64,000 bases of DNA from Lingula anatina (Eukaryota; Animalia; Brachiopoda). The position numbers and the translations under genes were made by a program. The notes beneath the pieces are model-generated. The model worked only from the letters and a program-made list of their open reading frames with translations, did no database searches and was not told the origin of the DNA. Location: the NCBI GenBank assembly GCA_051362555.1, contig CM120640.1, forward strand, positions 70,286,788 through 70,350,787, read 5' to 3'. Positions 12,301 to 26,832 of the stretch are shown here, piece after piece (position 1 is the stretch's first letter; every line of letters starts with the position of its first letter).

Positions 12301-14555
12301 TCGTTATACTTGTAGGCAATAAATTAAAGAACATAACCAGTGCTGATCGAATTTTCAAAGTGAGTAAAATCCTCCGCAGCTAAAAATTCACCATTTTTGA
12401 CAGTAATGTATGTTCTTTTTTGGGGTTAGACGATGAATTATTCTTTTCATCCTCCATAATTCCAGGAGAGTGAAATTTCGACAGGAACTTTTTCATGTGG
12501 GACACTAAAATTATCAAATATTGATTCATATTCGTGCACGTAATATTTCACATGTGTACGTGCCTATGGCATTATTTGACTCCATTTTTTTTATATTGCA
12601 CGCGTGAGTTTGTTAAGGAACGTCCAATGTTTATCGGGATTCAATGATGGAGTGGTAGACTCCAGTTGTGATAGGAATATCTTATCTCTAGTTTCTGAAT
12701 AACAGTTGCTATTAGTATTTTAAAAGAACATATATAGTCCTTAGATGTACAACTCTACGCTTTAGATCTACCACTTATACATGGCAGAGGATTTTACTCC
12801 ACTGCATTATGGTTTTCAATATTAGGGTATCCCATTGGGCTCACGAAGAAGCCCTGATATAATTCTATGCTTCTTCTGGGATATATCGGGAGATAAATAG
12901 AACACCGGGGAATAATGATAATGAAAAGCTTATTTTATCCGGTTTTGGGACATCCGTGAAAGATACCGCAGTACTCCATGTCAGAATTTATTGCCCAAAC
13001 CTTTTTATTGTTACTTAAGATGAAGACTAGATAGCAAAGATTGCAAAATATACAGGCGTCATGCAGGAAACAAGGCAGTAAAGCTGTCAAATGCTCAGGT
13101 TATACGCAGAAAACGGTGCACAAAATAATGTTTTGGCCAATTTTGATGCACTGTTACATAATGTTTTAAAACAGCATAATCACTCTTACCCTCCTCTTAC
13201 ATTATGTACTACAGGTAACATAAACACTGAAAAACTAGGAAGTGATTCAGTTCCGTGGGATATAAAAGCCAATGAAAATGCTAATGTGTGAAAAATGAAA
13301 ATTTCAAAAAAAAAAAAAATAAAATAATAATAATAATAAAAATAAATAAATAAATAAATAAATAATACTTATAAATAAAAATCAATCAATCAATCAATAA
13401 ACAAAAAAAAATAAAATAAAATAAAAAAAATAATAATAATAACCGTTAATGTTAACCGATCATGCTGATTTTAGAAAGCCACCTGCCTCTTTACCAAGCA
13501 AAACCACTAAGTAAATTTAAAGTAAAAAAAAGGTTTGACAGTAATGGGGCGAACGTCATGTGTCGGACAGCGACATCGACGACGCGGACACAGACCAATC
13601 AGAATATATACATACTGGAAGTATCTGTATATAAAAAGTGCAATGTTTGGAAGATATTCGAAGCTTAGAGAAAATACCTAACCAGAATTCTTGTTATACG
13701 CTAAATCTTCAATCTTTCTAAAGGTCAAAAGCAGCTTAGTGTACATAAGAAAGGTTGTGAAATCCCTTTGGAATTTTCCTTTGAAACGAAAGCATGTTGG
13801 ATTATTGAGATTTGCTTTGAAATTAAACGTTCACTCCAAATTTTGAGTTGATATAGGCACAAATCATCTGCTAATCGTCAGGTGACAGATCTTACAAAAA
13901 CTTATGCTTTGCTTCAAATATGGACGTCATTTTAGTTAGAATGTTGCATTTTGTCTAGCTCGGTGTCATTGATTACCAAAAATTGCGTGTTTTGCACTTT
14001 TAAATGTAGTAGGCCTATATTAGTAACCTTATGTCAGTCGTCTTTTGCTTTCTAGATGACCACATGGCCAATACTGTAAAAAAGTTCCACAATGACGATG
14101 TAAAACATGTCTATCCTTGCAATGTGTTAATATTTACTCAGGCATTGAAGATTTTTATATCATTTGTATTTAAGTATGTACATCTCTATATAACAGTTAC
14201 TTATATGATGAAAGCATATATCTAAAATGTGTCTCGTTTTATCAAAAAATGTGGGAATACTTTCTCAGCATAAAACTCAGCTGTATCTAAACTATCGTCG
14301 TTGAAAGCGTTTACCCAATTCAATTTCTACAAGCAATTTTCATGCTACGAAGAGATTGTCCAGATCTGGGTCTTCTTCCAAATAATGGATTTCCAACCAA
14401 GGGTTATTAAATGTATTTCAGTATGAAGTGATCAGTGTCAGATTCCATCAAAGCCACTTATGGTCAAGTAATACTGCACATATCAACGACACAATCACTT
14501 CATGTAGATGAAATAACAGATATAATATCCTTTCGGAATACGTGTCGTGTTGTAT

Positions 14556-17500
14556 TCAAATATCTAAAAACGCACACGTATCAATCTCCTGTGCTGTCTC
14601 ATGCAATAACACAAGTCGTTCATAAATTTCCCTCATTGTTAGTCGCTCCTGCGGTGCAATCTTCCAGCATCCTAACATGATTTTGTACACTTCTTCAGGG
14701 CAGTTCTTCGGAGAATCTAAAAGATCCCCGTTTTGAATATGAGAGATAACCTGCAAAGTAAAAAAAGGAAAGTTTGCTAAGAGCTGAATATTAAAACTGA
14801 TTGACATTGAACTCCCTGTAGCAGATAATCATCTCGAACACTTAGGCCTATTATTTGACTGTTTCATATACTGCTTTTATTCATTGCAGAAGTGGTCACA
14901 CAGTTTACCGAAAAGATCAGAGCTAAGGGGAACATGAATTGATTTGTATTGGGGACATTATTTAAAACAAAACAAAAATGACCTTTGACCGTATGGTTAT
15001 GAGAATTAATAATAATAATAATAATAATAACAAACAACCGTATTTACAACTGCCCATAGTAAGAAGTCCTGGCATTCTTTATAAAGAAACTATCATTCTT
15101 TGTAAAGAAAATTCTGTTTTTAGTCAAATGTCAAGACTGATGTTGAGGTTCAATCAGTAAGAAATCAGTAAGGAAATGTTTTTAATCTCACTGTCTGTTA
15201 TTAACATGATCGTTCTGCCATTCATTCATTATACATGTTGATATCTTGGAATACTTTGCCTCAAATAGTACAATCCACTCAGCCTTATCAAATGAAAAAC
15301 ACTTCTTTTTATTAGTTTGCAATCACTGTAGGTCAGTATCTTATTTGGCAAAATAGACACGTGTTAAGTCTATTTTTATGAAACCATAGACACGTGTAAA
15401 GTCTATTTTTATGAAACCGAGGCCATTGCAGTATTGCTACACACATTTTAGAAACAACCATACATAGGCCTACCTCGTGGTTTGATAATTCATACCAGGG
15501 CTGCTTGCCGCAGGTAAACACCTCCCACAAAACGACGCCAAAACTCCACACGTCAGATTCTATTGTAAACTTCCGGTAGAGCACGCTTTCCGGTGGCATC
15601 CACCGTACAGGGAGCATGGCCTGTCCTCCTACCTGAAAATACACATTATAGTTGAAATAAACAAGCCGAGACATCATCATGTAAGCTAACATAACGCTGT
15701 GCCTATTTTATTTACTCTATTTGATCTTTATGTTTATACCTTGGCGCTTATCCACATGTCGCAATGCCTAGGCCTACATATTCACAAATTCGTACTTTTA
15801 GAGACTAGTCGATCTTAGGGATTCTTGGAAAACAACCAAAAGAAAAAAAAAACAAATTCCCTAATAAATGCCTTCAATTGTTTTATCAGTGTCTTTAATG
15901 TCACAGAGGTTACCCTAATCAACAACAGAACCAAATCGGATCAGAGCACTGCGTGTTAGACAATAATGGTAAAATCGACGAGTAGGCGACAAAATAGACT
16001 ATCAAATAACCAGTCCACCCACGCCAAGTATAAATGAGCTGTGAAGTGATTGAGTTATGTATTGTTGTGTACCAAACCTATGTAGACCGTCTGGGTAGTT
16101 ACCGTCTGTGTATCGTCACACTGCAAAAGTTGATTGCAGGGGCGGATCCAGGATTATTTGAGGGGGAGGGGGGGGGGTCCAGTACGACAGGCCTCGGATG
16201 CAAAGCCAACCATAGTGGTCTTGGGTTTGGGGCCTGCTCAATTGCCCTGAAAATTTTTTGGTAATGTGGAGAGAAAACAGTGACGGTTTAGAGCTATGAT
16301 TTAGCTAGTCAAAACTCTAATTTCAAGAGAGGAATATTGGTATGATATATTTTTCAGACACCGAAGGGGGGGAAGGTCGGGATCCCCCTGACCCCCTTCT
16401 AAGTCCGCCACTGGACTGGAGAAATATGGTCGGTGTTCGTGCCTACAATTACACATTCACCTTAGCTTTAATTCGTAAATTATTCACTTGACAAAACTGC
16501 TCTGACTCAATAGCCGGATGCCAGGAAGCAGCTGTGTATGTGAAATTTATTTTTCCAGAAAATTCATTAGTGGGGTTACATGTATCTAATAAAAGTGGCC
16601 TTGATTGGGAAAATCTCTTACAACCAATATTATTTTGCTTAGTTTGTGTGGAAGATGTGTATGTTTAATATGGAGTTCAGGATGGAGAAGATTTTACATA
16701 TAATAATATTTGTTCAAATTGATTATTATTATTATTATTAATCTCAACAAAAGGAGTAATACGGAGTATCAAAATGTTGAAAATTTGAACCACCAATGAA
16801 ATATTTGCAAAAATGTGCATTCTCTGTCAGTCTTGACCACCTTTCGTCTCAATATTAAAGAACGAGTATATCGGAATGCCTGTCTGTCTGTCTGCCACGG
16901 TCGATTCGACCCTCGGTGACTAATGATGCTAGTTTCAGCGTCCGATTTCTTGCTGCGTCCCATATTTTTTGTGTGTGTTCGTTCCTGTGATATCGGAACG
17001 CTTGTGCTATTCCTAACGTCCTTATATCTCGCAAACTCACCATGTAGTAGTCAGTACTGTAGAGGTCCCGAGACATCCCAAAGTCTCCAATCTTAACCGC
17101 CATCCCCTCGCCTACCAGACAATTCCTGGTGGCCAAGTCCCTGTGGACAAACCGCTGTGAGGCCAGGTAATCCGCCCCCGCCGAGATCTGCCGGGATATG
17201 CTCAGTAGCTGGGGGATAGTTAGTTGTTTGAATGGTTGTTCCCGCCGGCATAAGAAAGCGGCATCGGGCCCGTGAGATCTGTGATAAAGGCAATCACATT
17301 ACTTAACAATAGCGAGTAATGGGTCATATTTGATTCCATATTTTAATATATATCATACAGGAAAAATGTGACCATGTAACAAGCATATGATGCCAAAAGA
17401 TAAATTCAGACCAGTCTTATATCATGTTTTAAAACATGGCCCTAATCATTAGGTCCATGCTTAAAACATATAAAGCTGGTTTTTTTCACAGTAAGTTTAC

Positions 17501-20500
17501 AATTATTTTTGGTATTCATGTAAGTGATATCCTTGCATATTTATCTCTGCATCTAATTATCAGATATGTCTTGTATTTTTTGCACACACAATTGCGCACC
17601 ATGTTTATAAATAGCCTGAATGAGAAATGGAAAAAATACACATTGTTCTTTCCGTTAATGTATATTTTACATGCACTGATAGTCTCTTTTACTCAGAGGA
17701 TCCTTGAACGAAATTAACGTTACTGTCTCCATAAATAGGTATATATATTAGTACATGTACTTGTATGCACACGCACACGCGCGTGAGCGCACCGTAAAAT
17801 ATCTGAAATACAACAATCTGAAAAAAGCCCCACAAGGTTTGCAAGATCTCGGAAAATAAACATATTTAATGTTTTTATATATAAAGTAAGGCGATTTTTT
17901 CCCAGTGAAGGTTCTGCGAGTTATTACATATGTATTTCTCATCAGAAACCCAGTCTCTTGAGTCTTAATTAATTTCAGAGAAAATTAACCAGCATTGATA
18001 CTTTTCTAGGTAGTTCTTGTATAAAAGGCAGTCGTGACATGAAATTACAATGTTTTAAACAATCACTGAATCTTGCCTTCTTTCAGACAAAACATCGGAA
18101 GAGTAGCGATCGTGGAAAACCAGCTACTGTGAAGGGAGTAATAAAAGCTTATTATTCTTCCACGTTTTTTGAGAACAATGTACATATATGTTGAACCCTG
18201 GACTGTATCTTACCTGAGGTAATTATTAAGATCCCCGTTTTCCATGTATTCAAACACCATCAATAGCGGCTCACCTTGAGTACACACGCCGTAGAACGTC
18301 ACGATATTTTCATGATACAAGTTCGTGAGCAATTCTGCTTCACGTTCAAAGTTCCGCCTTGCGTCATCGATGGCGGACTCTTTCAATGTTTTTACCGCGA
18401 CCATCATGGGGTCCTCGTCCTCCTCCCAAACCCCAAGGAATACCCAACCAAACGCTCCTTCCCCCAAGTCACGGACGTAAGAAATTTTGTCTCGAGCAAT
18501 GTGACGTATGTCTGAAAATGGAATATATTTCCCAAATATAGTGAATAAATCTAAAAGACGGAACAAGCGATATTTAACAAGGGGTACAATATATATATAT
18601 AATTTTATCTTTTTCTCCGGTTGCGTATTAACATTCATGAAACTACCCTATGCCACATTAATTTTTCTTAGTGTTATATCCAGTATATTTCGTTGCACCA
18701 AACGTTTATACATGTAGTATCAGGTACAAGTACTGATTGTGAGTACTTTTATTTCAGTAATATCATCCAGATATATGTTGTAGGCATATGCACGGTTCCC
18801 ATGTTTCTACAGTTTTAAATCGTTCACAGATAAAGAGATCACACACGCACTGGAGCTATCAGCATGTCTGACACTAAGGTTAACGGAAAACAATCAATCA
18901 ATTTTCCATTGCCCAACTTTATGCAACAAATCCTTTGTCTTGACGGTTTCCTACAGTTTGCCTTTGATGTTGGTTTTGAGCACTTTGAAAAACAAGAGGG
19001 CTCATTCAAAACGGTTGAAGTCAACAAATGCACAAATTAAGGCAATATTTGGGCAATTCCAGCCCGACTTTAAAAAGGGAACAATACTGATATTGGCCAT
19101 TTGTGGCAGACGAAATAGTTCTCCCTTTTGACACGTAAGCTTATTATTTGAGGTTCCTCATTCAAGTCAAATATTTAATGGTCCATATTAAGGTGTAACG
19201 CGAATTGTATGCCTTTAAACCCGAATTTTTTAGAATTTTTCCTACAAAATTTTTTTTCTTAGAGGATTACTACATATTTCCACATTTGGTTGTCTTTCAT
19301 TTTACCAAGGACTTCTTTTGAATAGAGGTCCTTTTGTGGTTTACCCACACAGACGGTAACATTGTGGCCATTCAGAATAGAAGATCCGAGGATCTACAGA
19401 CCCACGCATCAAATATGGCGGACCCTACATGCATGAAAGCAAAGCCAACTAATCCGCTAATGGTCTCCCCGCCTCCACACACGCCGTCCTTGCGGGGGTC
19501 TAACAATTAAACCTCTGAGCTGTGATTTAATCCGTTCAGTGGCGCGTGTAGAGGCGGGGAGACCATCAGCGGAAAAGTCAGGTCTTCTTTCATGTAGGGT
19601 CCGCCATATTTGATTCGTGGATCAGAAGATCCTCGAATCTTCTACTCTGAATGGCTTCATTCTCAACCAGTGATTAAATTGGCTACCAGTCATCTGGCTC
19701 AACTTACCCTATATAATTGGTGTTGGTGGGGCCTCTAACCGGTCGGTTTTAAGAGGGCAAAGTACGAGTATCACCTTAATTAGAACGGAAAATACACAAA
19801 CTCTATGAGACATTACAATCGTAAACACTTGTTTAATTACCCACTGGCAGCTAGATGACTAGATGTTGACTAATTGTTTACTGAAGAACTTGTTCCACAA
19901 GATTCTTTTGTTTATTAGATTGTAAGCTCTTCAGTAAACAAAAGAAGTCAACATCTACATATATAGCCATCTAACTGCAAAAGTCCTTTTACCTTCTGAC
20001 TTGCTTCGCAAATTAGCCTTTCTTGTGTAATTAGGATTCTCCACAACATGGAGACTGTTAAATGGCAGCAGCTCCTGTGACGTAATCTTTTGGGCGCCAG
20101 ACTCCTCGTAGTAATACCGAGTCAGGGGGTGACGGGACCCAGTGGAACTTAGCTGAGATTCGTTCATCTCCATATTGGTGCACTTCATGTTGGCCTTCCG
20201 TACGGCCCAAACTAAGCCTAACAAAAATAGGACCACACCCACGCACACCGCCCCAATAGTGACTGATATCTGGAATTAATTAATTAACCATCCATAGTGA
20301 TAGGCCCTACTTAAGGGGAACATATTTTACGTTTGTTACGGAAATATCCCTTTTTTTTCATATCCATGTCATGAAATTTGATAGCGGTAAGAGAAGATAT
20401 GACGTAAAAAAACACCATTATTTAAATTAAATAGAAAACAATTTTTCACAATTCTTAACGAACAGAAATTACCGGTACCCGATCTGTGTGTACATAGGCA

Positions 20501-23500
20501 AGATCTGGCTGTAGCACTGACGTCCCTGCTGTAGAGTTGATGGTGTCGCCGCGTACGGTGGGTTCTAGGCCTGATGTGCCAGATGGCCTGGTGGGTAGGA
20601 TAGACTGCCGGATGTGCCATGGCGGGTTGTTCTCGAGGTCGATGGTTCCATTAATCGGGCTGGTTGGACGAATGGTTGGATGGCCCAGACCGCTTGCTGT
20701 TGGAAAGGCAAAGGGGAAAAGAGGACACGCCATTTAAGATTCTTTTTACCTTACTTTGTAAATGCAGTTTTTTTTTTCATTTTTTTTTTCATACGACACA
20801 GGCCTAAGTTTTTTTTTTTCATTATTTTTTTTTCATATGATATAAGCCTACGCAATAGGGATTAAATGCTCTTGCTCAACTTTTCAAGCTCAAGTATAAT
20901 CTGTTTAAAAATGGCGCTCTTTAAAGATGAAATAGATCTCTGTCAAATACCAGCACTTACCCGGACGATTATTGACCAAACCCGCGTACACACTTTTCGT
21001 GTCCCTGCCGTAATCATTTTCCACCACCAAGGTATACTGTCCATTCTGTTTGTGTGAAGGAATTTTGAAATTTAAGCACCCGTGTATGGTGTCGTGGCCA
21101 TTTTTGTCGATCCCTTCATTGTGACTATCAAAAACAAATTCCTTGTTTTTTACACGCTCTCCTTCTCGATACCACCGTATCCTTGGTAACGGGTATCCAA
21201 TAACTACGTACTTTATACACCACATTATGTACTCCATGGGTTCTAAAGTCTTAATTACTGGAGCCGCTGAAACGATGGACAAACGAATAAATTAAAATCC
21301 CTGTTGATTATTGTAAATTTCTTAAAGAAGGGCTACAATAAAATATAAAAACCAGAAAGGAAATACTGCTTTAAGGATACTGACAGGATTTGTGATTATC
21401 AAAATACCGGATGAGGGTTTTCGTGTATCTAATTATTCAACAATATAGATCTATCTTTTAACAGATTAAAAACGATAAATGTTTCATTAGAAATATAAAA
21501 TATTGGCGTTTATGTCTCTCGTTGCTAAGCATAAACATAGGCAGCTCGGAGCGTTTATCGCAAATTTAACACTTTTCTATTTTGAAGTGAGATACTTGCA
21601 GCAGTCGGTATGGCGCGAAACTGCATCCCTGAACAAGTGATTTCAAAAGTTGGCATAGATGATGGGAAGTGCTTGGGCTTCAATTTCGTGCCGTCGTTTT
21701 GATGTATATGTTTTTGGCATGGAGATACAAGCCCCTAATTACAGATTTTCATCAAACATTATTATTACTTTGCTTTATTAACGATAAAATCTGAAATAAG
21801 GCTTTTACGCCAAATCAGTGGCAGGCTTTTTAGGTACTGACCGGTGTTCGTGGGTGCTCTGGTATAGGAGAAATTTGAGAAACCAAAATCAAAATTGCAA
21901 TTTTGACGTCATCCATATGTGTAAATGCTAAGGAATAAAGTGAGTGAGCATTGAAGATTAATTCTTTATCCTAAAAGAAACTATGTAAGAAACTAAATAA
22001 GTTTTTTTGGCTCTACCAGTACCCTCTACCAGATTGATTTTACACAGATATGTGTCTAGATAAATAGACAGTCATTATGGTCTGGATTTTTCCAATTTTC
22101 CCTATATAATCTGTCACCCTGGTATAGGGTACCCACACAGTACCCTTAAAATAGTATAACTTTAGTAAGTGTTCTCTCAAAACGCTAGTTATTAAACGCA
22201 TCCATCTTTAGATATTATATACTCAAAATCCATAATTCAATTAAATTCTACTTTATGACTAGCAAGGGCCTATGCCTTCAGTGATATGCACGCGGCGTTC
22301 AATTAGAAAAAAATCAAAGTCAAATGGCGGAATGAAGTTCCACCTGAAAATCTCAAAGAAAAGTTGACAAGTAGGCCTAAGTCCACTTGTGCACGCTGGC
22401 ATACTAATAGAACCCGCCCTTCTTTTTGCATCAAAACGCGGGTTCTACAAGAAATACCAATAAATCTTCCTAAATACCCAGAATATGGGCTATATTACAT
22501 GTACCGGTACATTAACCGTAGCAAGGAGTTATAACTCCTTGCCCGCAGTGACACCCCAATTCCGATTTATACATGCATATAAAGTTGTGATACACAGAAC
22601 TTACAAAATATCACTATCCTCAGCAGTTTCTCACTTTTCCCAACCGCATTCTTAGCTTTACATTTATGATACCCAAAATCGTCCAGTTGTAGGTTAGAAA
22701 TGTTGATCGTCTGCGCGGTGCCGTCCAGCGATGACGTCACAGTGGTGGCAGATGTGAAGCCATCTTGGTCCCAAGCTACCATCGGCATTTGTAAACCCGT
22801 GACGGAACAGTTGACGGTCACGTTGGCAGATTGGTTGGCGTATATGGTGTCTGATGATAATGTTATGTTTGGAATAACTGAAACAGAAGACAGCAAGTTA
22901 TAGATGTACTAGCATTTCAAACCATGTGAGGGTTACGAGAAGAGATTATCACTTTGCATATTATCTTTATTGGGACGAGATTAGTAGCTTAAAATACTGA
23001 AAACTATCAGTTTCGAGAAGCTTCGATCATGCAATTTCTGCGAGCATATTAACCCCCCCCTGTCTAAATCTGTCTGTCTAAATCTTTCGTTGTTGTCTCA
23101 CCACAGGATTGATTCCTAAGCGCCACTGTCAACGGTGTGACGGTCCCGTCCTCTTCCGTACACGTGAGAGAGCCGCGCTTCATTCCATGGTTAAGATGTG
23201 GGAGGAGCATCCACATTGAGCTGCAGTTACAACTAAACGGGTTGCCGTCCACCTTGCTGGAATGGCCAATGCATAAAACAATGCTCATTGCTTCAAATGA
23301 AGTAAAGCTGTCAATACTAAAACCATTCCTATTTACTGATTTTTGTAATAATCTGTTAAGAGGGTAGCCATCTATGGAGGTCACGTGGTCCGATGGCAAG
23401 CACAGATTCAAGAATGATTGCGATAACCGCCGTTTTGGTTTAATATATTTTTATGATTTGTTTACAAAGTATTTATTGTGAAATATGGAACTCATACGAT

Positions 23501-26500
23501 GAGTTGTTATCCTTTGTTATAATGAAACTGCTAAAATGAAACTGCTAAAAGTTGTTATCAGTTTCATTATGTGCATTTCTTTTGAGGCAAAATGCCAAAA
23601 AACGAGAACTTACAGATCAGTTATGTTGAGCATTTCGAAGACCTCCCATGACAAGACTCTTATCTTATTGTGTCGTAGATCTCTGGAACGAAAGTTAACA
23701 AACCATTCTACAGTGTGATCTGTAACGGTATCGATATTTCTCGAGGTGAGAACTTGAGATATTATTTTCGCTTTTTTATCTACTAGTTATTGAGAATGTA
23801 TAAGCAAAATACCCTTCTAAAACAGCTGAAATCAGATTGGGAACAAGTTCTCAATGCCTATACTACATGTACATTGCCAAAACAGAGAGTTCGTCATTAC
23901 CCGTAAACTCATATCAACTCTGGTTATTTATAATTTTTGTTTCCATACGAATATTTAATAAGCTTGTTGCAAGAAGCAATGATTTAAAAGCAGACCTTGA
24001 AACCTTTATTTCAGTACGCTAATAAAGTATTGCTTTAAGTCGAAACATAACTGCGATGGCCATGCCATTGCTTTGTATGGATAGTCAGCAATTAGGACCC
24101 CTCTGATTCCCCCTTGACCCCCCTGAAACCCATGACCCCCCCCCCTTTCCTCCCCATCATCCCGTTCAATTCTGACTATCGTAAAATCAAATTGCCTTAT
24201 TTCCTATGGGCGATTATCATGTAAAATCGTTTTATAGGGAAAAGTCGATATCTGTTGTGGATTCTAAGATGCTTCAGGAGAATTTCCAAAATTAAATACC
24301 CAGTATTGCACATTCAGTATCCAACTAATGTCACAAACGTTTTGCAGATATGGCATTTCACTCGAGACGTGTTATAACAGCAATCAAAATTGTTTACTTT
24401 ATATTTTATACTGAGGTAGTAGATCTAACTCGTGGAAATATAGAAAATAACTGACAATATCCCTTGACTGTCGCAGGAGCTAGAGAGGCATTGCATACTA
24501 AATATAAAGAAAGAAAGAAATAAATAAAAAGAAATAAAAACAAGTCCAAAACTATAGATCGCCTGCTTCAACTGGTTCTCCATATCATTGCATACATGTA
24601 CATGACCAGAGAAATACGTCTCCATACAGCCCAGCAGTGTGAGGGTGAAATTAAATATTTCCATCGATAATCATAAGACGAATAGGCAAGCGAAATCAAA
24701 CCTTCATTAGCTTCCTTCACTATTGATGCGTTCTGGCAGGCGTTCGTGTAAATCACATCTCGTCAATAAATCAGTGAAAATTAATGAGAGAAAACTTCCG
24801 CAAAAAGCTCGAGATAGGGCAGCAAAACACTGTTCTAGAGTTAATGCAAACGGTTTGATAACTTGCCATAAGTCACTGAATTGATTCTTGTAGGTAATTC
24901 AAAGGTGGTTCCCAGCCACACTATCTGGCATATCTGAAAACCTCCGCATTGAAAATGCAAATAACCGTTGTTTAGCTTTGAATGACCATATAGAAACCGT
25001 TTTCCCATAAGTTGTAATATCTCACTGAAGGGTATTGTTGTCATTATCGGCTGCACGCCAAGTGCAAATTGGCAACTCAGTCAAGGGCACAGACAGTATG
25101 AGGATGGGATGTACAATGTTGAAAAACAGGGATTTGTAAAGTTCACTCTCTTGTGTCTTAGACCCCATTTCCAGAGATTAGATCGATCTACTTTAGATCG
25201 ACCTAACTCCCTGGGGGTTCACGCTAAATAGCTGTCAGCCGAGCGGACACGAAAGTTAATTACCCCCTTACACCTTGTAGGCGGGACGGACATTTAAGCC
25301 GGATTATCTGACAGTAATCTAGTGAGACTCCCGCGGGGATAGATCGATCTAAAAGCTCTGGGAATACAGCCTTAATGTCAATTTGGGCCTCATTATCATA
25401 TTCATTAAAGCGCAAGATGTAACGCTAATTTAATGAATTTGTAGAACATAGTGTGAACACCCAGATAAGTGCGGTTGGTTCATATCGTGGATTTCAGTTT
25501 CATCACGCAATCATTGCCTTATAATGTATCAGTTTTCAAGAGAATCCATACTTACATATTCTTTAAGTGTCGATTCCTCTCAAACGCCTGCACATGTACC
25601 TTCGTTAGGTCGGTGTTCTTAATGCTTCTACAAAAGAAAATCCCCCAGCTTTCGTTAACGGTCTGAGGTTCGGTGTAATTGAAATGTATCTTGATATAAC
25701 ACCAAACAAACAAAGTAAAAAATTTGTTAAAATGGCGAATCCAGGGAGGCGGGTAGAGCCTGCCACGTGCCCCCCTCCTCCCCGATGTGTTCTCTTTCTT
25801 TCACTCCGTTGTGCAAGCGAAGTTAAAACCAAAACATTTCCCCTCACCGTACCATTCATATCATTTTCAAAATTTTCTCGTGTACTATGTCATATTAACC
25901 GAGAAAAGTGATGCAAACATGCATGTAAGCCACAGCGTTATTGTCTAGTATCTTACCATGTTTTGGTCGTTTGGGAAATGGATATTCTTTATTAGAGGTG
26001 TGTAATTGAAAGTATCCTGGCGTACGGAATTATAATATGGTATAGCGGAACAACTGGGAGGAAAAACTGCAAGCAAGATTATCGGGCAGGATCTCCCCAA
26101 GGTAGATGATATTTTAAAGACATAATGGAAGGAAGAACTGTTAACATCATGGAAGACTGTTCGCATCCTGCATCATCACTTTTTACGTTTTTACCAATCA
26201 ATTGTAGACTTTTAACTCTTAAAGGCAGTAAACACTTTTTAAACAGCTTTTATCCAAGTGCAGTGACACATTTTAATTTGAACTCAAAACCAAATTCTTA
26301 ATTTATCTATTGTATTACTATATTATCAAACTTGCTCCAAAAGCAAAATGATTCACGATTTTTATAATTGGCTAAAGAAACTCTTATCTTATCTTATCTT
26401 ATCTTATCTTATCTTATCTTACAAACTATATTACATCTAACTTACAGAAACGTCAAATTTGGAAGGAGAGACAGGGAATTCTTCGCCAGTTCAGAAAGGT

Positions 26501-26796
26501 TTCGTTGGTCTGCGATGTATCTGAAATTCAAGAAAGAGAGACAATTGTTTAAACTCGAATTGGGATAACACATGCAACATTTCTGAACAATATTACAAAT
26601 TACAACAAGACCCTCAATTTTATCCAGAACAACAATCAAATCTGTTGGTCTGAATGTTCCTGCTCTGCTTAAGTCTTTAGAACTGTTGTATCATTTCAGT
26701 TTTGACGTTTTTTAAAAATAATTATTATATTACATGTATATACCTGTGCATTATATGTATTATAATGGAAGTCACTATATAAAAGATAAGTAATGC

Positions 26797-26832
<36 letters not shown>

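Noticed and set aside
10555-12585. LTR retrotransposon bounded by direct repeats
   Set aside because: No TG...CA termini, TSD, PBS/PPT or gag-pol remnants.
1-14555. Neurotrophin ligand gene next to Trk
   Set aside because: No cystine-knot or NGF-type coding sequence is visible in any listed ORF; only an unassigned signal-peptide exon at 2223-2385.
15353-15420. 33-bp tandem duplication in a Trk intron (similar small duplications at about 11370/11490, 44280-44490 and 59776-59820)
   Set aside because: Ordinary slippage-type local duplications with no sign of function.
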